Shown: piece by piece, positions 1 to 12,115 of the stretch
How the letters are laid out: each line of letters opens with the position of its first letter
Numbering within the stretch: the first letter of the stretch is position 1
Assembly: GCF_030684315.1 (NCBI RefSeq)
Contig: NC_081362.1
Location: forward strand, 16,734,589 to 16,798,588
DNA: 64,000 nt
DNA from: Stegostoma tigrinum
Lineage: Eukaryota
Direction of reading: 5' to 3'
Translations under genes and position numbers: made by a program
Notes under the pieces: generated by a model
Database searches by the model: none
The model's input: the letters and a program-made list of their open reading frames with translations, nothing else
Told to the model about the DNA's origin: nothing

Positions 1-699
1 AATGGGTCAACTAACAGAAGAAGGATAGGAGATGACATCAGCATTGTGACATGGTTTACTGCAGCTGGGAATGGAGTCATCGACGATCACTACTGCCCTG
101 GCTTCAACAAGAGGACAGTACAGCATGATAGTTGGCATCACTAAGCAGTATTAGAGCAAGGCCAATTTTGATGGTATTAGACAAGAGCTTTCAGAAGTTA
201 ATTGGGGTAAGCTGTTCACAGGTAAGGGGATGACTGACAAGCAAGAGGCTTTCAGAAGTGTGATAATGAGAGTTCAGAGACAGTATGTTCCTGTTAGAGT
301 GAAAAGTGGTAGGAATTCTGGATGAATGGTTTTATTAACATTCTGGTCAGGAAAAGGAAGGAGGCTTTAGTCAGGTACAGATAGCTGGGATCAATCCCTT
401 GAGGAGCAGAGGGAGAGAGAGGGGTATGGATACTGCCAGACTTGAGCTTTTCCAGCAACTTCTGTTTTCATTCCTGTTTTGTTCCTGTTGTTCACCATAT
501 ACATTCATTGGATCCATAGGTCACAGTTCCAGCCACACTAGAGCAGTGTATACAAAGACACTAAGAAACTGAGGAGGAACTAACCAATAAGCAAACCTAG
601 GGCAAGCAGAAACCTCCTACTGCTATCAAATAGCCTCCACAAGAAGTTGAATCAAAATGCCCCCTCAAAATGCAGAATAGATACAGGAGGTACAAAGTT

Positions 700-1720
700 T
701 ATTGTCCTGTATGTGACTTCCTCAAGACAAGTATGTGTATCGCTGCCACAGACTGTGGATGACCTGGGAGACCATAATAGAATGCTGACTGAGGATTTGT
801 GAACTGAAGGGTTGGCAGGCAATTCTATCCCAATGATAGTCAAGAGACAGTTACAGTAAATCTGCATGCAATTGCCTGCTTGCAAGGATCCACTGGGGAT
901 CTGTGTGGAATATCTCAATCCTCAACAAACAAATGTATCAATGCTATTACCAATGCAATTTGTGTCATCATCATCACCACCACACTGCTTCATCTAAATT
1001 ACCTGTGATGACGTCTGTACTGCCACCCATGCAGTAGGTTTTGCCAACTTAGCTGGTTCCCCCAGCTGCAGGAGTCGAAAGCACCATATCCTAATGTGGA
1101 TGACTTCATCTATAGACCAGGATTCTATATGGTCAGTGTAAAAGTCATCTGTGATTATCACAATAATCATTTTGGAGATGTGTGCCAAGCATCCTGAAAA
1201 CTGCCATGATGCCTGTATCCTTGACAAGTCAGGTTCTTGCTACATTTTGAGGGCCAGGTATCCAAGAAAAATGGCCCTTGGGAGATGAGGGCTACCCGCT
1301 GCAACTGTAGCTGACGTCTCTGTTTTGCAACTCTGACTGAGGCCAGGCACGGATACGATGAAACCCGTTATTTCAGTAAGGATATGATCTGGCAGATAAC
1401 AGGCCTGATGAAGGTGAAGTTATAGTGGTTGGATTGGTCTAGAGGTGCCTTATGGTAACTCCTCAGACAGTGAGTTCTGCATAATCCATGCATGCTGCGC
1501 TCTACATAACTGGAACAGGCAAAAAGAGGATTGATGGATGTTGAAGACCTGGGGGAACAACAACAGGCTTTTGTGCAGGAAGATGAGCACATAGAATGGG
1601 AAGAACATCACCTTCACCATGATAGAACATTGCAGAGTCAGACACAACGAACGAGACAGAACTTGATTGACACACAAGATTTGTCTTGCAAGACGTCATT
1701 ATTCATTGACCGTAATTTTT
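700..1720 (+). pseudogene. Degraded PIF/Harbinger (HARBI1-like DDE) transposase
   Basis: Manual translation gives, in the correct order, LQGSTGDLCGISQSS (880), CAKHPENCHDACIL (1180), LGDEGYPLQL* (~1278), WLDWSRGAL (~1428) and CIIHACCALHN (1478), with stops and frameshifts. Confidence 0.85.
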
Positions 1721-2049
1721 TTTCAAAAGGTAGACAGCCCCTGTTTAACCCCAGAAGCAAATGCAGTTTTTTCTTTGGTTTTCTTATAAGTTAATCGGAG
1801 TTAATGTTAACGACTGCTTGAATACTTTGCAACATAAATGTGAAGCTCCCAGTCAGCAATGAACATGCACTATGTCATTATTAGAGTATTATATAGGGTA
1901 TTATAGGAAAACACAGCACTCCTTTCTAACATGGTATGGTGCTAAGGGTGGGTTGCCTTTGTAGCTACAGTTACAATCACAGTTGATCAGACAGGTGATG
2001 TAAATGATCAATACATTTTATTAATTTGATATTGTATTTCCAATTGTAA

Positions 2050-2975
2050 AGACCATTGCTTTGTTTTTTCTGTATTTCTTGATTGTGGACTAATATTGGA
2101 AAAAACAGTTTTAAAAAACAAGATTTAATAAAAGATTGCTGCAGTTGTTTGAAAGCAAGTAACCTGACATTCATTGTAAGTGTTGTTTACACAGCTGCTG
2201 GTTTAAGCAATGTTAGATTGTTTGTAGAGGAGCTGGAATAAAGAACTGTTTACAAATAGAGATTCAGCTGGCAAATAACAGCCAATTGGTCTGTGGACTA
2301 GTGACCAGTTATCATTGACAAAGGCCCTCGTCTGCCAGCAACTACGTGACTGGCTCCCAGAAAGCTGAACAGTTTAGGGATATGACAAGATAATGAAAAG
2401 ACATTGGATCTCCACAAGCTTGTAGCTGTCTCTGTTCTCTGCAGAAGAAACCATTTTAAGCCAGAAGAAAATTAGTTTATTTTTCTTGCAGTTGCTGTAA
2501 GCTGTGACACTTAATTAAGTCAGAGCACTTTGTAACCGTGAACCAGTGACTGTATACTACTTGTAACCAAGTGACAGCATCCAGAAAAGGAAGATCCAGA
2601 AGTAATGCTCTGATTAGCATAAGGATTATTGCAATAAATCCGATGGACAGGGACTCTGAATTGCTTTTCCAGTTTTTCCCTCTGCCCATATAGTATTTTT
2701 TTCTTCCCATATGTGTTTATAGAGGAGGATTTTAGAAGGGGTTTGGAAATCTAACTAGTAGAGTTAATGCCAATGGTTTATAATTGTTTACCTGTGGCCC
2801 AAGTCTATGTCTTTATAATAAATGGTGATTCTTATTAAATACAGAAACCTGGTCCATGTTTTCTGTCTATGTGAATCTAAAAGACAGGTGAATTGTGAAT
2901 TCTGAGTACTTCTTAAAATCTTTGGCTTTTGTGACATATCCAGGAATAACAGAGCTTGATTTGTTGTGGCAGGGA
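2050..2975 (+). repeat. Unclassified interspersed repeat (possibly solo LTR); related copy at ~31965-32600 on the minus strand
   Basis: agaaacctggtccatgttttct (~2842) and flanks match the reverse complement of agaaaacatggaccaggcttct (~32013). Confidence 0.55.
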
Positions 2976-3239
2976 AGAGAAGGGGTTGGGCAGAAGTGAA
3001 GAAATTGAAAAGCAATGTCGCATTTCTATTGAGGAGAATTGAATTCCAGTTGATATATTTTTGAACAGATTTGTGTAATTGTATGCAAAGATAATCTCTG
3101 TTGTTTCTAAAAATAATAATTTACAAAATGATCTGTGATGATTAAAACTTTCTTTATCTGACCTATTCTATAAGCTCTTCTCAATGTTGATTAACTTTCC
3201 AATGCTCGGTGACTCAACATATAATCTTGGAATAGAAGG

Positions 3240-3350
3240 CTCCTGTAGCTTAGCAGCAGTGTCCTTGCCTCTGAGCCAGAAGGCTTGGGTTCAAGACTCA
3301 CCTGCTGCACAAATGTGTATTAATATTTCTGACAAGTTGATTAAAAAATA
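3240..3350 (+). mobile_element. tRNA-derived SINE head, degraded; related minus copy at ~15215-15293
   Basis: A/B-box-like tagcttagcagcagtgtcc...gggttcaagac. Confidence 0.5.
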
Positions 3351-5046
3351 TCAAAGAGCTGAGTTCTCTTTCACTGCCTTTAATGGGCTTTGCATGTAAA
3401 ATGGTTATTCATTGAAAACATAGGGATCTACTGATGGAAGAAAAGTTCAGTGGTATGTAAAACTGTCTCTGGATATATTTTTAAAAAAAGAGTTCTTCCC
3501 CAGTTGGGATTGGCTTCTGGCCTGGGAAAGATACAAACTCATATTTGTGCTTTATTAAACTTTACAATAAAACTTTTATAAATCTCTTTATAAGCCTAGT
3601 TCAACATATGTATATTTTATGTTTGAAAGAATCTGCGATGTATTGTATTCAGGTTTAATACACTTTAGGCTAAGAGAATGCAGTTGGATTCAGATGGAGA
3701 GGATAGTACTTCACTGCAGCTGCCCCCTCATGTTTAGTCACTGAACCATCTTATTAAAGATCATGTTTGATATTGTGAGATCAACAGAAATCACTCCTTG
3801 TTACTTCCTCACCATGTTTCTTTAAGTTTCCTTTACTTTATTTTTGTTATTCGCATTGAATCTACCAATCTGTATGTTTCTGTCATTTCTCACGACTGTT
3901 CGTCATACTTTTATTTCCTGCAAATATCTGACTGCATGATTTTATGAAGAAAACAGCCTAGTCAACATCAAAGCAAATCTTCCTGCATGGGGAGGAGGCC
4001 TCCAACTCAACTGATGCATCACAGACCCTGAGTTTGCCTCTGGTGGAAACCATAAGGCCACAATATATCGGAGCAGCATGCGACCATACAGAGTTTGCTC
4101 TGCCATTTGATCGTGGCTGACATGTTTCTCAACCCTCTTCTCCTGCTTTCTCCCCATAACCCTTGATACCCTTAGCAAATTAGAACCGATCTCTGTTTTA
4201 AAAACACTCAATGAAAAAAATCCTCCTCATCTCTGTTCTAAAGGACTGACCCCTCACTCAGACTCTGACCTTGGGTACTACTGTCTTACTAGTGGAAACA
4301 TCTTCTCCATGTCCACTCTATCCAGGCCTCTCAGTAATCTGAGAGTTTCAATCAGATCCTCCCCTCAACCTTCTAAGCTCCATTTAGTACAGACCCAGAG
4401 CCCTTAACTGTTCCTCATATGACAAGTCCTTCACCCCCACGTTGTTCTTGTAAACGTCGTCTAGAATCCCTCCAATACCAGCACATCCTTTCTTAGACAC
4501 GAGGCCCAAATGCAGTTTCACCACAGCCTGATACAGCCTCAGCAGTACATCTCTGCACTCCCAAGTTCCTTTGTGCTGCAAATTTCTGAACTCATTCCCC
4601 GTTGAGGAAATAGACTGCGCCACTGTTTTTCTTAACAAAGTGCATGACCTCATACTTTCCCGCATTGTATTCCATCTCCCACTTCTTTGCCTACTCACCT
4701 AGCCTGTCCAAGCCTCCCTCAACATTGCCTGCCCCTCCAGCTATCTTTGTGTCATCTGCAAACTTAACAATAATGTCCTCAGTTTTCTTGTCCAGATCAT
4801 TAGTGTACAACGTAAATAGCTGTGGTACCGACGTAGACCCGTGCAGAATTTGACTAGTCACTAGCTGCCGTTCTGAGAGAGACCCCTGCTCTCTGCCTTC
4901 TGCTAGTGAGCCAATCTTCTATCCATGCCAGTACCTTGCCCCTAACGCCATGGGCTGTTATCTAATTTAGCAGCCTCCTGTGCAGCACTTTGTCAAAAGC
5001 CTTCAGGAAATTCAAATAGATCAAGTCTATTGTCTCTCCTTTGGCT

Positions 5047-5222
5047 AAAAAAAAACCAGAAGAGCTGCGGATGCTGTAAATCAAGAACAAAAACAGGAGT
5101 TTGCTGGAAAAGCTCAGCAGGTCTGGCAGCATCTGTGAAGAAAAAAAATGAGAGTTAATGTTTCAGGTCCAGTGACCCTTCCTCAAAACCATTGACCTGC
5201 TGAGATTTTCCAGGAACTTACG
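5047..5222. mobile_element. Penelope-derived mini element (minus-strand tail, decayed hammerhead, inverted tail fragment) nested in CR1
   Basis: Minus strand reads ttgaggaagggtcactggacctgaaacattaac; followed by plus-strand gacctgctgagattttccag. Confidence 0.75.
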
Positions 5223-5888
5223 TTTATGTTACTCATTACCTCCTCAAAGAAGCCTAACACAATTCTTAGGCATGACCTCCCCTCGACTAAGCTGTGCTGA
5301 CTCAGCCCTATTTTATTACACACATCAAAATACTCTGCAATCTCACTTCTTAATAGTAGACACTAAAATCTCTCAAATCAATTGATGCCACACTAACCTG
5401 CCTATAGTTTCCTGTTCTCTGTGTCCCTTCTTAAATGAAGGTGTTACTTGAGCCATTTTCCAGTCCTCTGGAATCCTCCCTGACTCCAGTAACTCCTGAA
5501 AGATCACCTCCGATGCCCCTACAATCTCCTCAGCTATCTCTTTCAGATCTCAAGCGTAGCCCACGTAGTCCAGGTGATTTAGTTACCTCCATACTGTTCA
5601 GCTTTCCCAGCACCTTCTCCGTAGTGAAGGTCACCACACTCGCCTCTGACCCCTGGAACTCTTGAAGCTTTGGTATGCTGCTTCCACATCGAAACTGATG
5701 CAAAATACCTATTCAATTCCTCCATCGTTTTTTTGTTCCCCATTACTATTTTTCTAGCATCATTTTCCAATGTCCACTGTGGAGCAGCTGGTAATAGAAC
5801 CCTTAGGTTCTGGGTTTGATGTGTAATATGGCAGACTTGATTAGGGAGCTAAGATGAAAGAACCCCCTAGGGGTATACTGAGGTTATT

Positions 5889-6245
5889 GGGGAGGCAGTG
5901 GCCTAGTAGTATTATCACTGGACTGTTAATCTAGAGACCCAGATAACATTCTGGGGACCTAGGTTCGAATCCCACCATGGCAGATGATGGAATTTGAATT
6001 CAATAAATATCTAGAATTAAGAGTCTAACGATGACCATGAATCCATTGTCAATTGTTAGAAAAAATCCATCTGGTTCACTAATGTCCATTAGGGAAGGAA
6101 ACTGCCATCCTTACCTGGTCTGCCCTGCATGTGACTCCAGACTCTCAGCAAAGTGGTTGACTCTCAACTGCCCTCTGGGGCATTAGGGATGGGCAGTAAA
6201 TGCTGCCTAGCCAGCAACGCCCTCATCCCATGAATGAGGAGAAAA
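5889..6245 (+). mobile_element. tRNA-headed SINE with LINE-derived body and tail
   Basis: A box tggcctagtag, B box ggttcgaatcc; body matches 17786-17828 and 63094-63178; tail matches 20516-20575. Confidence 0.85.
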
Positions 6246-8411
6246 ACTCTCTCTTCCCTCTTAGATTTTATATATCTTTTTTTAAAAAAACTCTTGCTGT
6301 CTTCTTTTATATTACTGGCTAGTTTACTCATTTTTTCATCTTCTCAACCCGGCCACTTTTATTTTAGTTGTCCTGTACTGGCTTTTAAAGGCATCCTACT
6401 AATCTTCACCACATCGTGTGCTTTTATGCTGTTCTTGACTTCCCTTGTCAGCCATGGTTGCCTCATCCTGACCTTAGCATGTTTCTTCTTCCTCGGGATG
6501 AATTTCTGCCCAAGGAACTCCTACCATTGCTGTTCCACTTGCAATACCTGTTAGGCTCCCCTTCCAATCAAGTCTGGTCAACTCCTCCCTCATATCTTTG
6601 TTGTTACCTTTTATTCAATTGTAACACTCTTAGATCTGATTCAATCTTTCCCTCTTAAACTGCAGGATGTGTTCTATCATGTTATGGTCAGTACCCCCTA
6701 GGGGGCTCCTTCATCTTAAACTCCCGAGTCAAATCTGCCACATTACACGTCGAACCAAGAACCCTAAATGTTCTACCACAAGCTGCTCCAAAAAAAATCT
6801 TGTAGACATTCCTTTTATTGATTTTCCAGTTCCCCCATGATTATTTTAATTGTGCCTTTCTTACACACCTTCTCTATCTCCTGATTTATATTCTTCCCTA
6901 CATCCTGACGACTGTTTAGAGGCCTGCACACAACTCCCATCGTGGTTTTTTTTTCTTTGCGGTTCCTTAACTCTGCCCACACAGATTCTACACTTTTCCA
7001 ACTCTGGATCACTTCTTGCTATCAACTTAATTTCACTTCTTACTAAGAAGGCAACCCTGCCCCCCTCTGCTCGTCAACCTGTCCTTACGATAAAACATGT
7101 ATCCTTAGATATTTAGTTCTTAGCCCTGATCCCCTTACAGTCACGTCTCTATGATACCCATAACATGATACCTGCCAATTTCAATCTGCACTACGAGCTC
7201 ATTTGCCTTGCTTTGTATATCGAATGCATTTATATACAACAACCTGAGTTGATTGACACCCCCCCTCCACTTATAGTAGATCCCTTTATCTACTGTACCT
7301 GAAGTTAGATTCTTGATCCTTTGAATGCTCACTATCCTATTACTTCTTACATTAGTAACCTCTGGTGAGTCCTCCCCCCATTTAATCTTTACCATAGTTT
7401 TCTATGGACTCTGGCTCCAGCATGATTCAGGTGGAGCCCCTCCCATTGAAACAGCTCCCTCCTTCCTCAGCACTGATTCCAGTGCCCCATGAATTCAGTC
7501 CTGTTTCTCCTACAACAATCTTTGAACCACACATTTACCACTTTCATATTGTTGACCCCGTGACATTTGTTTGTGGTTCAGGTAGTAATCCAGAGATTAT
7601 GAATTTTTTGGTTCTGCTTTCTAATTAGCTGCTCATAGAGCCTCAGTAGGACCTCTTTTCTCTTTCTTCCCATGTCATTGGTACCAATGTTGGCACACCA
7701 ACTAGATTTTTCCCCTCCAAGCCCCTCTACAGCCCAGATGAGATGTCCTGAACCAGGACACCAGGCAGAAACCCAGCTTTGGGGCTCTCCAACCTGGCCA
7801 TAGAGAACAGTGTCTATTCCCCTGGCTGTACAATCTTCAGTTACATGTGCATTTCTGTTTGCCCCTCCATTTCAAATTGCTGTCTGGACTGCGATGCTGT
7901 GGTCAGTTTGCTCATCCTCCCTACAACCCCACTTCCATTCACAGGGAACAAGAATCTCAGACCTATTAGACAAACTCCAGGCCTGAGGCTCCTTCAGCAT
8001 TACCTACTAGGTCTCTCTACTTGCCTTACTGATAGTCACACCCTCCTGTCCCTGACCACTGACTGAAGTCAAGATAGTTAATCTAAGGGGTGTGACTGCC
8101 TAAAACACAGCATCCGGGTAACTCTTACCCTCCCATAAGTGCCAGTATTTGAAGTTCGGACTCCAGCTCATCAACTCTGAACCAGAGCTCCTGAAGCAAA
8201 CAGCACTTGCTGCAGATGTGAGCACTGTCAGCCACAGTGGGGTCCACCAGCTCCCATATGTACTGTTATAACAAATCACCTGACCTGGCATCTCTGGTTT
8301 GTTTACTTTGTGTAAATTTTTAAAAATCAAATTAAGAACAACCTTTTAGTTTGTAGCCTGTAAATATTTCCCTATTTACCTTCAGTCTGAGAGTTACCTA
8401 TAATAAATGGT

Positions 8412-8690
8412 GGGCATGGTGGCTCAGTGGTTAGTACTGCTACCTCAACGCCAGGGACCTGCATTCAATTCCAGCCTTGGCCGACTGCCTATGCAGAGTT
8501 TGCATGTTCTCCCCAAATTTGCGTGGGTTTCCCCCCACAGTCCAAAAATATGCAGGTGAGGTAGGTTAGCCATGGGATATGCAGGGTTACAGGGATACGC
8601 TTGTGGTGTTGGTCGGGGTGGGATGCTGTGAGGGTTGGTGTGGACTCAATAGGCCAAATAGTCCATTTCCATACTGTAGGGATTTTAGGA
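8412..8690 (+). mobile_element. HE1-type tRNA-derived SINE
   Basis: gggcatggtggctcagtggttagtactgct head, gagtttgcatgttctcccc core, CR1-like tail; same family at 28616, 31642 and 44648. Confidence 0.88.
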
Positions 8691-9049
8691 TTTTCAGATA
8701 GTCACATTAGTAACTATCACCAACCAATGAAGTTATGTTTATGTGTGAAGTCACTCGTCTGTTCTGGGTCCCTGATTCTGGCCTTCAATTTATCCTCTTA
8801 AAAAAAGTTTAAATTATGAGCCAAAGAAAGTACTTATTCCCCTCTGCTCCAGCTTCCCACACTGCCTCCAAATTCCCTGAACTATACACTCACTCAGTCT
8901 ATGTCCCTCTCTGGATGCGACCTCTCCTCCCTGACTGTGCCAAGTTTACTGAGCATATCCACAGTATTTAAGCTGGAGGTTTAAACTTCTGATCACGGGC
9001 ATTATCCTGACCAAACTGCTCCCTGACTCCCAACAACAGTTGAATAAGA

Positions 9050-9403
9050 AATAATGGGAGCTGCAGATGCTGGAGAATCCAAGATAACAAAGTGTGGGGC
9101 TGGATGAACACAGCAGGTCAAGCAGCATCTTAGGAGCACAAAAGCTGACGTTTCGGCCAGGACCAAACAGACCTGGGCTGTTTCTCTGATATACCTACAC
9201 TCACCTTTACTGGCTCCATCCCTGCCTCTTCGACATGCCTGTCTCCACCTGTCTTCTCCTCTATCCATCTTCTATCCACCTCCCCCTATTTATTTCAGAA
9301 CCCCCTTCCCTCCCCCCATTTCTGAAGACGGGTCTAGGCCTGAAACGTTAGCCTTCCTGCTCCTCGGCCTGCTGTGTTCATCCAGCTCCACACCTTGTTA
9401 TCT
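9050..9403. mobile_element. Penelope 3' fragment in fold-back arrangement with hammerhead motif at 9322-9349 (+)
   Basis: 9050-9160 is the reverse complement of the element tail; plus arm has CTGAAGA-cgggtctaggcct-GAAACGTT and ends at gttatctc. Confidence 0.85.
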
Positions 9404-11559
9404 CTTTCATGCATGTACTTAGATTTTTTTCCATATGTCTAAAACCTGTTCAAGAGTACGATCTGCTGGATGCAGTTACCACACCTACAGCAATGTTTAA
9501 GCCTCTTGCAGGTAATGATCACCATACCCAACAGCTCAGACAGCGCTCAGCTCGACACTAGTGACCATCTGTGCGCTAGCACCCTAAACAGAAATACTGG
9601 CCATGGCATAATTAATAATTGTCAATACTGTTCTTGAAAACATTTTCAACTGTGAGATAGAGCTGAAAATGGCATAATTCACAAAAACTTTGGGACATTT
9701 AAACACTTGTCAGAATTTAGCAGCTAGTAATGTAAAAAGGGGTATGGCTTCATTTCTGTTGATTATCCAGCACTACAACACTACAGTTAAATTTCAGTTA
9801 TGCTCCATGTTTCTGAAGAAGCTGGTAATGGAAGTTTATGCCAAAAATGCAGAACTCACTTTATTGGAAAAATGTAGGAATGAAGTGGCACTGATAGGGT
9901 GTTGCCTTTCCTTGGAAGATTTGGATCAGAATTTGTAATTTGTAGAGAATCTAAAGACTGCAGTCAGATCTGATGTGGTTTTAAACAAATGTTGGAGCAG
10001 GCTTGAGGGGTGGAATAGCCTACTTGTAGTCCGGCTTCTAATTTGTACCTTGATTCTGCAAATGTAAGCGAAAATGTAACTTTGTTTCACTAATAATCTA
10101 TAACATTTACTGTTTTGCTCTGTTTTCAGTGTGGATTTGGTTAAGATACATAAACTCTTCTTTCTTTTTTTCCATTAGTCACATTAAGCGTTTTTCTTTC
10201 CCTTAGTTCGTGCAGTGTAGTTGCATTTCGTGCTGCAACTGTCACTTGCCCCAGGATGTTTTTTGCTTCCAATGGAACAAGTGTTCAGGGCTCTACAATG
10301 TCTGAGGCCTGCATCAGCGTGCTGTTAGGTTCTGTTCAGAAGAGTGATGACATTAGTTTCCCTCTATGATCTAAAAAAATCCCAACGTGGGGTAGAATCA
10401 AGACTTTTATTTAATGGTATTCAGTATAAAGCTTTAAAAATATATTGATTTTAAAAAAGTAAATAATGATTTAAGATGCTAGTTCTTTCATAGCTCACAT
10501 CTTGTCTAAAGGGATTGTGAGAACTCTAAGGAATTCTCAGAATTAGGCTCTTGTAAATGAAGAGTCAATCTATTTCACAGTTCAGAGGAGAAATATTGAC
10601 TAGGGAAATTTTCAGCCTAACAGATCAGCCTACGCTACACTGTCTTTCGGGCTCAATTGATTTAGCAAGACCAGAAAAACATTGAAAATGGCAAGCCCTA
10701 ATTACTTGTTTGATATTATTTTGTGTATAAATAACATCAACTTGACAGGTTTGGCAGATAGAATGTACATTCTTGGTTGTGATTGTCATGTTAGCAGCAC
10801 TTGATTTCTGAATTGCTATCATAAGATGCAGCCTTGCAGACATTGGGGAGTTTCTGCAGAAGGGAAGTAAAACATGACTGCTGGTTTGAATAACCTAAGG
10901 TTAGAGCTAAGCCATTCAGAAATGAATTTATGAAGCACTTTGAAAAAGCTTAGTAAAATAAAGCTATTGAGGCTAGGTTGATTTAAAGTCAAAATTAAGA
11001 AATTTGTTATAAAAGAGTATTAAGAGATATGGATCCAAGACAGGTCAATGGCATTAAGGTAAAGATCAGAAATGATCTAATTAAACGGTGGTATAAGCTC
11101 GAGGCCTGAAATAGACCGTTTGTGTTCCTTATAATGGTTCCCAAGCAACAGTCTCTGACAGTGAACCTCTTCTCAGCATTGTTGATTCTTTAAAGGGAGA
11201 ATGAAGTTGCAAATCGAGGAAAGTCAGGACCACGTGCTTGATTGGCATCAGATAGCAAATTAACATGAAGGATATTTGCAGCAAAAGTTCACCCAAATCA
11301 ACTCCCATGTTTACCAACATATACAAGACCAGGCCTTCATTTCCTTCCCAGAGTGTTTTATGTTGGGGGGGGCGCGTGTGGGTGCAGGTGGAGGGAAATG
11401 ACAAGCTATTGAAACAAATGCAACTTTTCATGTATGTTTGTTTAAGTAGAACTGCACTAGTCTTCATTGCAAGAGGGAAATGTTATTGTCATCTGTACTT
11501 TATTGGACTGTGCATCTAATCAAACTGTTTTGACTCTGTTCCTGTACATGTTTGGATAG

Positions 11560-11668
11560 GATCTAATGAAATGTACAGCCTTTGCAACAGCAGATGAGTA
11601 TCACCTAGAAAACCTTTGCCATGATTTGATGTCAAGTGGTTATCATGAGATAACAGACCTGCCCAGAG
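11560..11668 (+). CDS. RMND1: RMND1 coding exon (first in window; human exon 3 equivalent): [36 protein letters not shown]
   Basis: ag|GAT...AGAG|gt, 109 nt; matches the recalled vertebrate RMND1 motif [16 protein letters not shown]; phase 1 joins the next exon. Confidence 0.96.
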
Positions 11669-11739
11669 GTAAAAGTAGTCATTCACACGTATGTAAATGT
11701 AATTTTTAACAGTGCTATAATCAAAACTTGACACCACCT

Positions 11740-12115
11740 AGGACAAAAGGCAGCCTGCTTGACTGACATACCATCCATCACTTTCAGCATTCACTGCCTT
11801 CGCGACCAAAACACAGTAGCAGAGGTCACCATCCATAAGATGCACTGCAGCAACACACCAGTGCTCAGTCAATGGTCCCTTCCAAAATCACGACATCTAC
11901 CACCTAGAAAGACAAGGACAGTAGATACACAGGAACACCCGCCGCCTGCAGGCTCCTCTCCAAAGCTCACACCACACTGACTTGGAACTATATTACTATT
12001 CCTTTATTGTCACTGAGTCAAATTCCTGAAACACTCTTCCTCACAGCATTGTATTTGTCATTACAACCAGAGGTCTGCACAGTTCAAGAGGCAGCTCGCT
12101 ACCTCCACCTCTAGA
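11740..12115 (+). mobile_element. 3' fragment of the same LINE family as 17760-20582
   Basis: aggacaaaaggcagcctgcttg...aagatgcactgcagca...gttcaagaggcagctc parallels 20145-20500. Confidence 0.7.

Larger units (their letters stand above)
4063..8340 (-). mobile_element. Long degraded CR1 LINE (ORF1 start to 3' end) with nested insertions
   Basis: Minus-strand remnants: ORF1 zinc-finger-like WELVDP..HICSKC..RVDELESEL (~8150-8290), endonuclease pieces (ESVWAELRNRK, track 6815..7012), ELNRYFASV (5579..5770), C-terminal LSYEEQLRALGLY (4384..4698). Confidence 0.85.

Noticed and set aside
8412-8480. tRNA genes (also 5889, 31642, 44648)
   Set aside because: A/B boxes run directly into SINE bodies and no complete cloverleaf is evident; these are SINE heads
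9423-9511. Possible extra RMND1 exon (ag...GCAG|gtaatg; LKPVQEYD weakly like LKPLKEFE)
   Set aside because: The frame needed to join the phase-0 exon at 11560 contains a TAA; the similarity is too short to trust
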